This document shows, one piece after another, positions 36,423 through 48,860 of a stretch of 64,000 nucleotides of DNA (the stretch's first letter is position 1; each line of letters starts with the position of its first letter). This stretch comes from an uncultured Actinomycetes bacterium (GTDB taxonomy: Bacteria > Actinomycetota > Acidimicrobiia > Acidimicrobiales > RAAP-2), in the NCBI GenBank assembly GCA_903874965.1, contig CAIQUD010000122.1:31780-95779 (forward strand), given 5' to 3'. The notes under the pieces were generated by a model. It was not told the origin of the DNA and ran no database searches. It saw only the letters and a program-made list of their open reading frames with translations. Both the position numbers and the translations under genes were made by a program.

Positions 36423-37511
36423 GTGGGGCTCACTCGCCTCAGTCTCGAGAACTTTCGAATCTTTGATTCGGCTGCGTTTGAACCCGATCCGCAAGGAACA
36501 ACCGTTCTCTTGGGGCCAAACGGCACCGGCAAGACGAGCATTCTCGAAGCCGTCGCGTATCTCGCGACCGGACGATCATTTCGTGGAGCAACGCGTGATG
36601 CACTCGTTCGACAGGGGCAAGTTTCTGGTTACCTCCACGGTTCAATCGACCAACCTGGCCGCGGAACGACAACGGTTGATGCGGAAATCAACCGAAGTGG
36701 TGCTGCGAGACTGTTGATCAATAAGCAACCAGCGAAGACGAGAAGCGATCTAGCAAACGCAGTCACCGTGACCACTTTTGCCCCAGACGACATGGTGGTC
36801 GTGCGCGGAGGACCAGGCGCAAGAAGGGAACTTCTCGATGAAGCTCTTTCAGCACTCAACCCACATGCAGGACCGCTGCTTGAAACCGTTGATCGAGTTC
36901 TCCGCCAACGTGGCGCGCTCCTGAAACAGGCCAAAGGACGGCTCAGTGGAGACGTCGGTTCAACACTTGAAGTTTGGGATGAGCGACTGGCTGAAGCTGG
37001 CACTGCACTCATTGCGCTGAGAATCGATCTTTGTCGTCAGCTTCGACCCGAAGTTGCAAGGGCCTATGAGGCATTGGCGGGAAGCACCTCTTCAGCCGAC
37101 ATCACGCGCCTCGACTACTCCCCCTCATTTGAGGGATCGTTGTTTGACGCCCTTCAGCGAACTCGCGAGGACGACCTCCGGCGAGCTCAAACGACCGTTG
37201 GGCCGCACCGTGATGATCTCACCCTTGAAATCAATGACCGAGAGGCTCGATCTCAAGCGTCCCAGGGGGAACAACGTTGTTTGGCACTCAGTCTGCGTCT
37301 TGCCATTCATCGTCTCGCGACCACTCACCTCGGAGCTCCGCCAATCCTTCTTCTCGATGACGTGTTCAGTGAACTCGATCTCGACCGAGCGCTTCGACTC
37401 ATTGCAGAGTTACCAGTAGGACAAACGCTCATTTCTTCTGCCGTTCCGCTTCCGTCCGATGTCCAAGCGACGACAACGATCCACGTCAATGCATTGCGGC
37501 GCCATGTCTGA
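36423..37511 (+). CDS. recF: DNA replication/repair protein RecF
   Basis: LLGPNGTGKTSILEAV Walker A, the SMC signature, and LLLDDVFSELD. Confidence 0.95.
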   Translation: MGLTRLSLENFRIFDSAAFEPDPQGTTVLLGPNGTGKTSILEAVAYLATGRSFRGATRDALVRQGQVSGYLHGSIDQPGRGTTTVDAEINRSGAARLLINKQPAKTRSDLANAVTVTTFAPDDMVVVRGGPGARRELLDEALSALNPHAGPLLETVDRVLRQRGALLKQAKGRLSGDVGSTLEVWDERLAEAGTALIALRIDLCRQLRPEVARAYEALAGSTSSADITRLDYSPSFEGSLFDALQRTREDDLRRAQTTVGPHRDDLTLEINDREARSQASQGEQRCLALSLRLAIHRLATTHLGAPPILLLDDVFSELDLDRALRLIAELPVGQTLISSAVPLPSDVQATTTIHVNALRRHV

Positions 37512-37821
37512 GCGAAAGTGGCGAAGCGCTGATGGCCCTCGCCAAATTGGGGGCTCGCTCGATCGCCTGTTTGGTCGCCTGACCCCTGCTGCAGCATCAA
37601 CGTTGACGAGTCTCATTGATCATTGGGAAGAAATTGTTGGCCCTGAGATGGCTGCCGCAACTTCACCGATGAAAATTGAAGGTGACACCGTGACCATACG
37701 GTGTGATCGTGCCCCCTATGCCTCACACCTCAAGCTTCACTGGGAAGAATTCCGAGGCGCTGGAGGGAGCTTGGGAATTGACATTCCGAAGAGCCTCGCA
37801 GTTGTCCTCAAGCCGAAATGA
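37504..37821 (+). CDS. dciA: DUF721/DciA-family protein
   Basis: Conserved position after recF (Rv0004 equivalent). IGGSLDRLFGRL...WEEIVGPEMAAATSPMKIEGDTVTIRC. The ATG overlaps the recF stop (ATGTCTGA). Confidence 0.8.
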   Translation: MSERKWRSADGPRQIGGSLDRLFGRLTPAAASTLTSLIDHWEEIVGPEMAAATSPMKIEGDTVTIRCDRAPYASHLKLHWEEFRGAGGSLGIDIPKSLAVVLKPK

Positions 37822-37926
37822 GCCGTTTGTAGGACGGGTCAATCGAGTAGACTCGTGGGGTACTCCAGACGGGTACCGTGCGGTCCGAGTGGCCGGCGGG
37901 AACCCGTCGATAAATGGATTTTGTGA

Positions 37927-39891
<1,965 letters not shown>

Positions 39892-39907
39892 GGAGATCAA
39901 CGAAACC

Positions 39908-42373
39908 ATGACCCCACCAGAGACCCCCCCAACAGAAGAGTCGCCACCAGGTATCGAGCCCATCGAGATCCAGGAGGAAATGGAGCGCTCGTTCCTCGAG
40001 TACTCGATGTCGGTCATCGTCAGTCGAGCACTTCCCGATGTCCGCGACGGCCTCAAGCCAGTGCACCGCCGGATCCTCTATTCAATGTTCGACCAAGGTC
40101 TTCGACCTGATCGTCCGCACACGAAGTGCGCCAAGGTTGTCGGCGAAGTTATGGGTACGTTCCACCCACACGGAGACGGTGCGATCTATGACGCACTCGT
40201 TCGTATGGTGCAGGAATTCTCTATGCGTCATCCGTTGGTCGATGGTCACGGAAACTTCGGTGGCACTGGTCCAGACGAAGGTGCCGCAGCTATGCGATAC
40301 ACGGAGTGTCGCCTGGCAGCACTAGCGCTCGAACTCATGGCAGGAATCGACGAAGAGACGATCGATTTCAAGCCGAACTACGACAACACCGACCTTGAGC
40401 CGGTTGTTCTTCCCTCGAGATTCCCGAACCTCCTCGTCAATGGTTCTCAAGGAATTGCTGTTGGTATGGCAACCAACATTCCGCCACACAACCTTGGTGA
40501 AGTCATCGATGCGGCCCTGCACCTCCTGGCAAATCCGGAGGCAACGCCCGACGACCTCATGGCATTTGTCAAAGGCCCGGATTTTCCGACAGGAGCTCAG
40601 ATTCTCGGCCGAGCCGGCATCATGGACGCCTTCCGGACCGGGCGGGGCTCGATCAAGATGCGCGCCGTTGCCGAAATTGAAGAAGTCAAGGGCATCAGCC
40701 AAATCGTCGTTACCGAGTTGCCGTATCAGACCTCCGTCGAGTCCGTTGAGTCTCGTATCGCTGAACTTTCTGACAGCAAAGAACTTGAGGGCATTTCCGG
40801 CCTGCTCAACGCGAGCGCCGGAAAGAAGCCAAAGCTCATCATCAAGCTGAAGCGTGATGCGAACGCGAATGTGGTGCTCAACAAGCTCTACAAGATGACG
40901 CCACTACAGACGAGTTTCGGTGTGAACACACTTGCGCTCGTCGACGACGTTCCTCGGACGCTCAATCTTCAACAGGTCCTTCAGCACTACCTCGACCACC
41001 AAATCGAAGTCGTCACACGAAGGTCAGAATTCCGACTTCGCAAGGCCGAGGCGCGTGCCCACATTGTTGAGGGCCTCATTCGAGCCCTCGACATGTTGGA
41101 TGCAATCATCGCCACGATTCGCTCGTCTGATGACCGCGGTGCAGCGCGTGAAGCATTGATGCTTGCCCCTTACGAGTTCTCAGAGGAACAGGCCAACCAC
41201 ATTCTCGACATGACGCTTGGTCGATTGACGCGGCTTGGTCGTGCGGAACTTGACGAGGAAATGGCAAAGCTCCGTGAGACGATTGCCGGCCTGCTCGCCA
41301 TTCTCGGCGACGAGGTGATGTTGAAGGCTGTCATCACTGAAGAGATGTCCGCGATCAAGACGAAGTTCGCTACCCCTCGTCGCACGCAGATCGTGAATGA
41401 CCCAGGTGAACTTGGCGCAGAGGACCTCATTGATGATGAGGAAATCGTTGTCACCATGACTGCCGCTGGCTACATCAAGTCCGTCTCATCGGCGAACTTC
41501 AAGGTCCAGGGTCGTGGCGGGCGCGGCATTCAAGGTGCGAAGTTGAAGGAAGAAGACCTGGTGACCCAGGTCGTGCACACGACCACTCACGCCTTCATCT
41601 TGCTGTTCTCCAACATGGGCAAGGTCTATCGACTCCGCGGTCACGAAATTCCTATGAAGGAACGTCAGGCCAAGGGAACGGCTGTCGTGAATCTCATTCC
41701 GTTGGCTCCAGGAGAGACGGTTGAGGCAATTATTGACACTCGCGACTTCCCTGAAGAGCAGTACCTGCTCTTTGTGACGAGCCAAGGTCAAGTCAAAAAG
41801 ACTCCGTTCTCTGAATACGACAAGTCGCGTCGCGACGGCTTCATTGCCATCAATCTTCGAGAGGGCGACAATCTCGTTCGCGTTGTTCGAACCAATGGAC
41901 ACGATGACCTGTTCTGTGTCACCTCGCAGGGAATGACGATTCGTTTCAGCGAAGATGATGTTCGCCCAATGGGTAGATCTGCGGCAGGTGTTCGCGGCAT
42001 CAAGTTGAAGCCTGGCGATCAAGTGGTGTCACTCGATGTCTCGGGTGAAGACCTCGATATTTTGATCGTGACGGATGCTGGATTCGGGAAGCGCACCAAG
42101 GTTGAGCGCTTCAATATCCAAGCTCGAGGCGGTCAGGGAGTCAGAGGTATTCGCCTTACCGCTGCACGCGGACGCGTTGTGGCAGCGTTCATGGCAAATC
42201 TTGATGAAGAGATCCTGCTTGTTTCGTCAGGCGGCGTCATCATTCGGATGCCAGTGCGAGAAATCGCAAGCCAGGGGCGCGATGCAACGGGTGTTCGAGT
42301 GATGAACCTTGATGAAGGACAGACCGTTGCTGCGGTGACGCGACTCGTGACTGAAGAGGTTGACGAGAGCTGA
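39908..42373 (+). CDS. gyrA: DNA gyrase subunit A
   Basis: [28 protein letters not shown], the active-site AAMRYTE, and the C-terminal beta-pinwheel. ATG 39908 (preceded by GAGGAG) is preferred over the overlapping start 39869. Confidence 0.97.
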   Translation: MTPPETPPTEESPPGIEPIEIQEEMERSFLEYSMSVIVSRALPDVRDGLKPVHRRILYSMFDQGLRPDRPHTKCAKVVGEVMGTFHPHGDGAIYDALVRMVQEFSMRHPLVDGHGNFGGTGPDEGAAAMRYTECRLAALALELMAGIDEETIDFKPNYDNTDLEPVVLPSRFPNLLVNGSQGIAVGMATNIPPHNLGEVIDAALHLLANPEATPDDLMAFVKGPDFPTGAQILGRAGIMDAFRTGRGSIKMRAVAEIEEVKGISQIVVTELPYQTSVESVESRIAELSDSKELEGISGLLNASAGKKPKLIIKLKRDANANVVLNKLYKMTPLQTSFGVNTLALVDDVPRTLNLQQVLQHYLDHQIEVVTRRSEFRLRKAEARAHIVEGLIRALDMLDAIIATIRSSDDRGAAREALMLAPYEFSEEQANHILDMTLGRLTRLGRAELDEEMAKLRETIAGLLAILGDEVMLKAVITEEMSAIKTKFATPRRTQIVNDPGELGAEDLIDDEEIVVTMTAAGYIKSVSSANFKVQGRGGRGIQGAKLKEEDLVTQVVHTTTHAFILLFSNMGKVYRLRGHEIPMKERQAKGTAVVNLIPLAPGETVEAIIDTRDFPEEQYLLFVTSQGQVKKTPFSEYDKSRRDGFIAINLREGDNLVRVVRTNGHDDLFCVTSQGMTIRFSEDDVRPMGRSAAGVRGIKLKPGDQVVSLDVSGEDLDILIVTDAGFGKRTKVERFNIQARGGQGVRGIRLTAARGRVVAAFMANLDEEILLVSSGGVIIRMPVREIASQGRDATGVRVMNLDEGQTVAAVTRLVTEEVDES

Positions 42374-42408
42374 GTTTGGCCAGTCAGTAGGTTGCCGAAG
42401 GCCGTTCG

Positions 42409-43047
42409 TTAGACCGCCGTCGCGGCAGCTCGTTCGAGCATCTGGAGCAATACACCTGGATCTTGAGCGCCAGACACCGCAAATCGTCCGTCGACCACAA
42501 AGGTTGGGACTCCGGAGAAGCCATTGTTCGCGGCAAGTTCTTCGTCAAAGCGAACGTCTGCGGCGAATCGATCGGTCGTGAGGGTCAGCAAGATCTCTTC
42601 AGCGGGAAGTCCAACTTCCTCAGCACAACGTGTGAGCACCGCATGGTCGCTCATGAGCTGTCCTTCTTCAAAGTAGGCCTTGAGGAGGCGCTCCTTCATC
42701 TCGTCGCCTTTGCCGAGATGGGTGGCGAGGTGAATGATCCGGTGAGCGTCGAACGTGTTTCCTGATTGGAGATCTTCTAGTTGGTAGTTGAGACCAAACG
42801 TTGCGGCCGTCTCCGTGATTCGAAGCTGTGTTGCTTCGACTTGAGACGCGCTCATCCCGTATTTCTTGGCCAAGAGTTCGTTCATTGGAAGGTCGCGTTT
42901 GGCCGGTGCGCCAGGATCAAGTTCGAAACTCCGCCACCGAACAACGACCTCGTCTCGACCGTCGAAGTTTGCAAGAGCGGATTCCAAACTGCGCTTGCCG
43001 ATGTAGCACCAGGGGCACGCAACGTCGGACCATACGTGAATCTCCAT
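42409..43047 (-). CDS. DsbA-family (FrnE-like) thiol:disulfide oxidoreductase
   Basis: IHVWSDVACPWCYIGK CxxC motif and a C-terminal GVPTFVVDGRF. Confidence 0.85.
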   Translation of the reverse strand: MEIHVWSDVACPWCYIGKRSLESALANFDGRDEVVVRWRSFELDPGAPAKRDLPMNELLAKKYGMSASQVEATQLRITETAATFGLNYQLEDLQSGNTFDAHRIIHLATHLGKGDEMKERLLKAYFEEGQLMSDHAVLTRCAEEVGLPAEEILLTLTTDRFAADVRFDEELAANNGFSGVPTFVVDGRFAVSGAQDPGVLLQMLERAAATAV

Positions 43048-43134
43048 GACAACCTCCGAGAGGGACAACGCCTCGATACGCACTTCGTATTCCCGAGGGT
43101 TCAGTTGTGAGTGGGGGACTGTCAGACTGGTGCA

Positions 43135-44448
43135 ATGCCGAAGTACTGCACCATTGAAGAAGCGGTCGCGTCTCTTCGCCCAAACGACACCATTGGTATG
43201 GGCCTTGCACTCGGCAATCCCTCGCGTCTTCTGGTTGGTCTCAACGCCCGAACCGACTGGGAAAACTTGGTTCTTGGTGCCACGCTCCTCGTCAGTTCAG
43301 CCGACGTGCTCCTTCAGCCTGGGGTGGAACTTCGATCAGGTTTCTTTGGTCCGATTGAGCGTCTCTATGCATCCATGGGAGCGAGGATCTCGTTCATTCC
43401 CGCTGGATTTCGACAATTCGCCGTCACCATGCGGCGCCTTGCGCCTCGAGTGATGGCAGTGCAGGGACGCATTGACCAAGAAGCTGGCGTGGTGAATCTC
43501 TCACTGCATGTCGGCGGAACTCGAGAGGAACTCCTCCTTGCTGGTGCTGATCCGAGTCGAGTTCTGATCGTTGAGGACAACCCACTGTTACCGCGCACGA
43601 GTTCGCTGGCACCGTTTCAGAACACCATTCCGTTGGAATTGGTTGATCTGGTTGTTCCTGGTGGTGACGCGCCCTATGTCTTGGCGGAAGAACCCTCGAG
43701 TGACGTCGATGCCGCAGTCGCCGAAGTTGCGGCGACCTTTGTTACCGATGACGCAACGTTGCAGTGCGGCATTGGTGCGATTCCGAACCTGGTGGCGAAA
43801 GCGCTCGCAACTCGTCCAGGTGGTGGCTATGGGATTCACTCGGAGATGTTCACCAATGGCCTGCTCGCTCTCCACAAGGCAGGCAAGGTGACCAACACCA
43901 ATAAGGGTGTCTATGACGGCGCATCGGTCACGACCTTTGCCCTTGGATCCTCCGAGCTCTACGACTTCCTCGATGGGAATCCAGATGTCGCGTTCCTGCC
44001 GGTTGATGCCATTAACGACCCAACCATCATTCGCAATAATCGGAACTTCACCTCAATCAACGGCGCCATCTCGGTTGATGCGGTGGGCCAAATTGTGGCC
44101 GAAGCGGTCGATGGCCGACAGATTTCCGGTGTTGGGGGTCATGAAGACTTTGTTGCTGGCGCCGGGATGGAGATTGATGACGTGTCGATGGTGGTCCTTC
44201 ACTCGACGGTTGAAATCGGCGGCGAGCGAAGAAGTCGCATTGTGCCAACACATCCAGCGGGTGCCATCGTGAGCACGCCTCGACACCACACTGGCGTGAT
44301 CGTCACCGAATACGGCGCCGCCGACCTTCGAGGGCTCTCGTTGGCCGAGCGGGCGCGAGCCTTGGCCGAGATCGCTCATCCAGACTTCCGCAGTGAACTC
44401 AAGAGCGCTGCCTCGCAATTCGGCCTCCCAAGGGTTTCCTTCTCATGA
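43135..44448 (+). CDS. acetyl-CoA hydrolase/transferase family protein (4-hydroxybutyrate CoA-transferase-like)
   Basis: LQCGIGAIPN...HSEMF...SINGAISVDAVGQ...SGVGGHEDF. Confidence 0.85.
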   Translation: MPKYCTIEEAVASLRPNDTIGMGLALGNPSRLLVGLNARTDWENLVLGATLLVSSADVLLQPGVELRSGFFGPIERLYASMGARISFIPAGFRQFAVTMRRLAPRVMAVQGRIDQEAGVVNLSLHVGGTREELLLAGADPSRVLIVEDNPLLPRTSSLAPFQNTIPLELVDLVVPGGDAPYVLAEEPSSDVDAAVAEVAATFVTDDATLQCGIGAIPNLVAKALATRPGGGYGIHSEMFTNGLLALHKAGKVTNTNKGVYDGASVTTFALGSSELYDFLDGNPDVAFLPVDAINDPTIIRNNRNFTSINGAISVDAVGQIVAEAVDGRQISGVGGHEDFVAGAGMEIDDVSMVVLHSTVEIGGERRSRIVPTHPAGAIVSTPRHHTGVIVTEYGAADLRGLSLAERARALAEIAHPDFRSELKSAASQFGLPRVSFS

Positions 44449-46043
44449 TCACCATTGAACAACTCACCATTGAAATTGCAGGACGACCGATTGTTCGCGA
44501 TGCCAATGTGCTCATTGGTGACTCGGACAAAGTAGGCCTTGTTGGCAAGAATGGCGCTGGTAAGTCAACGCTGCTGTCGGTTGTCCTTGGGGAACCAGGC
44601 GCCCACATTCGTTCACAGGGAAGAGTGACGTTCTCCTCCACCTACGGCTACTTGCCTCAGGTTCCGATTGAGGGCGGGCTTGGTCTCGAGCCGATTGGCT
44701 TCAGCCATGTGCTCTCTGCCCGAGGACTGGACGTCCTTGATGAAGAGCTCAATCGCGCTCGCACCCAAATGGCGAAGGATCCAACCGAAGAGGCAATTAC
44801 TGCGTTCTCCGATCTCGAAGAGCGCTACCGCAATGCCGGCGGCTATGAAGCTGAGGCACAAATGGCTCGGCTTGCTGACGGACTCGGACTCCGGCAGGAC
44901 TTGTTGTTCGAAGATCTGGAGAGCCTCTCCGGTGGCCAGCGCCGACGGGTTGACCTGATCCGAATCCTGTTTCAGCAACCACAAGCAATGGTGCTTGACG
45001 AACCGACCAACCACTTGGACATCTCGGCGAAGCGGTGGTTGTTTGATGAAATTGGACGGTTCCCAGGTTCAGTGCTTGTCATCAGTCACGACCTGGCATT
45101 GCTTGATAAGTCCATTGACAAGGTGTTGGCACTTGCTGATGGCCGCCTCGACACCTACAAGGGGAATTACTCGACGTTCTTAGAAGCTCGCGAACTCGAC
45201 ATCTCCCAGCGAGAGCGCTCATCGGCAATGGAGGAGAAGGAGATCAAGCGGCTTTCGCAATTGGCCGACTCCATGCGTGGCCAGACCGAGAAGCGAGCAA
45301 AGACGGCCAAGGCACTTGACCGACGAGTTGAGCGGATTGAGCAGAATCGCACTGAGGTTCGAAAGCGAGAGTCGAAGGTCACCTTCAAACTTCCCGTCCC
45401 GGCACGAGCTGGTGCAGTCCCGATGACCATTCAGGACCTTGCTGTCTCCTATGGAACAAAGACCATTCTGAAGCGGACCAATCTCCTTGTTGGCAGAGGC
45501 GACCGAGTCGTCGTTCTTGGTCGAAACGGTGTCGGCAAGTCCTCCATGCTTCGGTGTTTGGCGGGCGTTCAAGCCCCGACCAAGGGCTCGATCAAATTGG
45601 GGACGAATACCAGCGTTGGGTACTTCGCTCAGGAGCACGAGCAGATTGATCGAGACATTTCAGCACTCGACAACTTGGACGATGTGGTCTTAAAGACCGA
45701 TGGTGAGCGCCGAGCCTTGCTTGGCTCCTTTGGTCTCACCGGCAACAAGGCCGAACAACTCCCAGGAACCTTGTCCGGTGGAGAACGAGCGAAACTCGGT
45801 TTGGCCATGCTTGCGGCTGGCCGTCACAACTTCCTCATTCTTGACGAACCGACCAACAACCTCGATCCGGCGTCGGTGGTGGCGATTGGAGAAATGCTTG
45901 CGAGATGGGAAGGAACACTCATCGTGGTGTCCCACGAACGCGCATTCGTTGAGGCACTCGAGCCAACCCACGCAGTGCTCTTGCCAGATGAGTTCTATGA
46001 CCTCTGGCGCGACGAGTACCTCGACGAAGTTGAGCAGCGCTAA
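44445..46043 (+). CDS. ABC-F family ATPase (two ABC domains, no TM domain)
   Basis: Two Walker A motifs (GKNGAGKST, GRNGVGKSS), two LSGG signatures, and an inter-domain charged linker. ATGA overlap with the upstream gene. Confidence 0.9.
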   Translation: MITIEQLTIEIAGRPIVRDANVLIGDSDKVGLVGKNGAGKSTLLSVVLGEPGAHIRSQGRVTFSSTYGYLPQVPIEGGLGLEPIGFSHVLSARGLDVLDEELNRARTQMAKDPTEEAITAFSDLEERYRNAGGYEAEAQMARLADGLGLRQDLLFEDLESLSGGQRRRVDLIRILFQQPQAMVLDEPTNHLDISAKRWLFDEIGRFPGSVLVISHDLALLDKSIDKVLALADGRLDTYKGNYSTFLEARELDISQRERSSAMEEKEIKRLSQLADSMRGQTEKRAKTAKALDRRVERIEQNRTEVRKRESKVTFKLPVPARAGAVPMTIQDLAVSYGTKTILKRTNLLVGRGDRVVVLGRNGVGKSSMLRCLAGVQAPTKGSIKLGTNTSVGYFAQEHEQIDRDISALDNLDDVVLKTDGERRALLGSFGLTGNKAEQLPGTLSGGERAKLGLAMLAAGRHNFLILDEPTNNLDPASVVAIGEMLARWEGTLIVVSHERAFVEALEPTHAVLLPDEFYDLWRDEYLDEVEQR

Positions 46044-46103
46044 CTCATTCGCACCAGAAGGTTGACCGCTCGACGAGTGGAGCGAGCGCAATGCCCGTGA
46101 AAC

Positions 46104-47135
46104 TCAAGAGCCTCCGCGCCCAAATGCATCCCATGGTCCATTGGCGGTCACCGTGCCAACGCCCTCGAGGCCAATCGATGCACGTGCGTCCTCCAGCGGA
46201 AGATGAAGGAGACCTTGCCAATCAAAGGAAGCACTTGAGAGGTCAGTTGCCGTTGCCGCACCTCGCCTCGTGGCTTCCGCCAAGATCGCAGGACTGAGGG
46301 CTGACCTTGAAGGTGCAAAGACCCCGATCTTCACTTCGTGGTGCCACTGGACCATGATCGCTGCGAGGTAGTCAATGCCGCTCTCGGTTGAGTTTGCTGC
46401 GCTGAACAGCGCCACATAGATCTCATCCTCGGCCGAGGTCGCATAGCCAGCCAAGACGTGGGTGACATCGTGGGCGCCGAGCACTTCAAGTGGCGGCGCA
46501 CCGACAGATCCTGGAATGGCAAATCCCGTGTGGGCATAGAAGCGGAGAACTTCTTCGCCGGTCGATCCCGGAGGGGCAGCGTGAAGAAGGTCGGAATACT
46601 CCGCGAAGACTTTCGGATCGGTGAGGAGAGGAGGACCGCCAGCGTCCAAGCGAGCTTGAAGAATTTCCTCGGCAACTCCGGACTTCTCTGACATGAAGTG
46701 ACGAAGGAGGTCGGCGCCAACTCGCTGCGCTGCAATTCCCGAGAGCTGGTCAATCTTGACGGCGAGCTCGTCATCAATCTCGAGTGCTTCGGCCAGTCTC
46801 TTGACGGCGTGCGCTGCACCTTCATCAAAATCATCAGTGACGAGCGCGCAGAGCGTCGCGGCAACCATTGCCTCATGACGTTCACGGGGCTCAACCAAAT
46901 CACCGCAGAGGAGGGCAAGAGCCTTGTCGGCATCTGCGTGATGGCCATGGTGCGAACCGAGGAGTCCTTCGAGTTCGAGATCAGGCCGAACTTCACCAAA
47001 GACTTGAGCCATTGACTGCACGAGCGCTGCTTCAGGGCCTTCAAAGGGACGCGTTGCTCCCGCAGTTGTCACGAAGCGCATTGCTCCAAGAATGCCGCGC
47101 ACGGTGTCACTCGAACCGTTGAGCAGTAGTGGCAT
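46104..47135 (-). CDS. hypothetical protein with a Coq4-like HDxxH-x11-E motif
   Basis: GAHDVTHVLAGYATSAEDEIYV fits the Coq4-family metal-ligand spacing. The N-terminal half is unassigned. ATG 47135 (MPLLLNG) is preferred, because the longer start overlaps the divergent gene. Confidence 0.4.
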   Translation of the reverse strand: MPLLLNGSSDTVRGILGAMRFVTTAGATRPFEGPEAALVQSMAQVFGEVRPDLELEGLLGSHHGHHADADKALALLCGDLVEPRERHEAMVAATLCALVTDDFDEGAAHAVKRLAEALEIDDELAVKIDQLSGIAAQRVGADLLRHFMSEKSGVAEEILQARLDAGGPPLLTDPKVFAEYSDLLHAAPPGSTGEEVLRFYAHTGFAIPGSVGAPPLEVLGAHDVTHVLAGYATSAEDEIYVALFSAANSTESGIDYLAAIMVQWHHEVKIGVFAPSRSALSPAILAEATRRGAATATDLSSASFDWQGLLHLPLEDARASIGLEGVGTVTANGPWDAFGRGGS

Positions 47136-47219
47136 GGCGACTCCCTTCTCGGTGGAATGAACCGTAGTTCGAAAGCAGAGGATCTGAGGTGGTGGATGCA
47201 GGTGTGCGAGGATGCAGAA

Positions 47220-47762
47220 ATGTCGACAACTGCTGAGAAGTTCGTCACCGTAAATCAGGGCTTCCGAGCTCGCCTCGTCGGTCTCACCGAAGAGCAGCTT
47301 GCTGCACCCACGCCTTGCGAAGGCTGGACGGCCAACGATTGCATTGATCATGTGCTGTCGATCTACCTCATGGTCTTGACGTCAACTGGCGCCGACGTGC
47401 AAGACCTCGAGGGAGCGTCACCCCTCGAACGCTTTGACCACCTCGCTCCTTTGCTCGAGGCAGCGGTGAGCGATCCAGTAACCGGTGGCCAAGAGGTAAA
47501 GAGCCCCTTTGGTCCAATGGCGCTCAAGCAACTGGTTTCAGGCATTGTGATTCACGACACCTTGGTGCACACCTGGGATCTCGCGAAAGCCGTTGATGGA
47601 GACCTCCAGCTTGATGAGGAGTTGGTCACCGAATCCTTCGCAAAGATGCTGCCAATGGATGAAGGTCTCCGGAATCACGGTGCTTTCGCCGAGAAGCGCT
47701 CGGCACCAGAAGGTGCAGATATCCAAACCCAGTTCCTTTCTTTCCTTGGCCGCACCGTTTAA
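47220..47762 (+). CDS. DinB/mycothiol-maleylpyruvate-isomerase N-terminal-like (TIGR03086-type) protein
   Basis: [16 protein letters not shown]...[15 protein letters not shown]...FLSFLGRT pattern. Confidence 0.6.
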   Translation: MSTTAEKFVTVNQGFRARLVGLTEEQLAAPTPCEGWTANDCIDHVLSIYLMVLTSTGADVQDLEGASPLERFDHLAPLLEAAVSDPVTGGQEVKSPFGPMALKQLVSGIVIHDTLVHTWDLAKAVDGDLQLDEELVTESFAKMLPMDEGLRNHGAFAEKRSAPEGADIQTQFLSFLGRTV

Positions 47763-47791
47763 GACCTTTCTTCACGACTGATTGGAGTCCC

Positions 47792-48715
47792 ATGAACATC
47801 CTTCGCACACCTGATGAGCGTTTCGACGCACTGCCTGACTATTCGTTTGCCCCGAAGTATCTCGAGATTCCGTCAGGTGATGGGGCAATGCTTCGCGTGC
47901 ACTACCTCGATGAAGGCCCCCGCGAGGCAAGCGAAACCGTGTTGCTGCTTCACGGTGAGCCCAGTTGGTCCTACCTCTATCGACACATGATTCCGGGCCT
48001 CGTCGCCGCGGGCTATCGAGTCGTTGCGCCGGATCTTGTGGGATTCGGAAAGTCCGACAAGCCAGGGACGAGATCGGATTACACCTACGCGGCGCATGTT
48101 GCATGGCTCGACGCGACGCTTTTTGGCGAGCAACTGAACCTTTCAGGGATCACCTTGTTCTGTCAGGACTGGGGTGGCCTGCTCGGTCTCCGAATGGTGG
48201 CTGCGCACCCAGAACGTTTTGCTCGTGTGGTGGTTGCCAACACTGGCCTACCGACGGGCATGGGGACGCCGAGTGACGCGTTTTTGGCATGGCAAAACTT
48301 CAGCCAGACCTCACCTGTCTTCCCCATTGGCATGATCGTCAACGGTGGCACGGTTCGAGATCTCTCCGAGGGTGAAGTCGCGGCATATGACGCACCATTC
48401 CCCGACGAGACCTTCAAGGAAGGTGCTCGGCAATTTCCTGCTCTCGTTCCTTCACTTCCAGATGACCCAGAGCGTGCGGCAAATGAAGCCGCATGGGAAG
48501 TACTGCGCACGTTCGAGAAGCCCTTTCTCGTTGCGTTTAGCGATTCCGACCCCGTAACAGGTGGAACCGACGGAATCTTTCATCGCGAAGTTCCTGGAAC
48601 GAAGGGTCAAGCGCATACGACGATCGTCGGTGGTGGACACTTCCTCCAAGAGGACTGCCCACAGGAACTCGTTCAGGTCCTCACCACATTCATTACCGAT
48701 ACGCCGAAGGGTTAA
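47792..48715 (+). CDS. dhmA: haloalkane dehalogenase (HLD-I, DhmA-like alpha/beta hydrolase)
   Basis: [20 protein letters not shown]...RVHYLDEGP...[18 protein letters not shown]...GFGKSDKP...FCQDWGG (nucleophile Asp)...GGGHFLQED. Close to what I recall of mycobacterial DhmA. Confidence 0.8.
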   Translation: MNILRTPDERFDALPDYSFAPKYLEIPSGDGAMLRVHYLDEGPREASETVLLLHGEPSWSYLYRHMIPGLVAAGYRVVAPDLVGFGKSDKPGTRSDYTYAAHVAWLDATLFGEQLNLSGITLFCQDWGGLLGLRMVAAHPERFARVVVANTGLPTGMGTPSDAFLAWQNFSQTSPVFPIGMIVNGGTVRDLSEGEVAAYDAPFPDETFKEGARQFPALVPSLPDDPERAANEAAWEVLRTFEKPFLVAFSDSDPVTGGTDGIFHREVPGTKGQAHTTIVGGGHFLQEDCPQELVQVLTTFITDTPKG

Positions 48716-48860
48716 GACTCCTCAACGCGAGGGCCGAATCCATGAGGCGAGCCAGATTGCCGACATGGTGATGATGAAGGCCCAGTACCAGTGGAACGCA
48801 ATGCCGGTCGCGAAACTGAAGAGGGCAATGAGCAACAGTCCCGATCGTCGTGTCACCTGG

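Noticed and set aside
42374-42408. tRNA genes downstream of gyrA, as seen in several actinobacteria
   Set aside because: The spacer is only 35 bp. No cloverleaf-capable sequence was seen there or in any other intergenic region I read (14218-14320, 26395-26520, 59795-59914).
46094-46104. CCCGTGAAACT as a parS
   Set aside because: It is a half-site only, with no symmetric partner.
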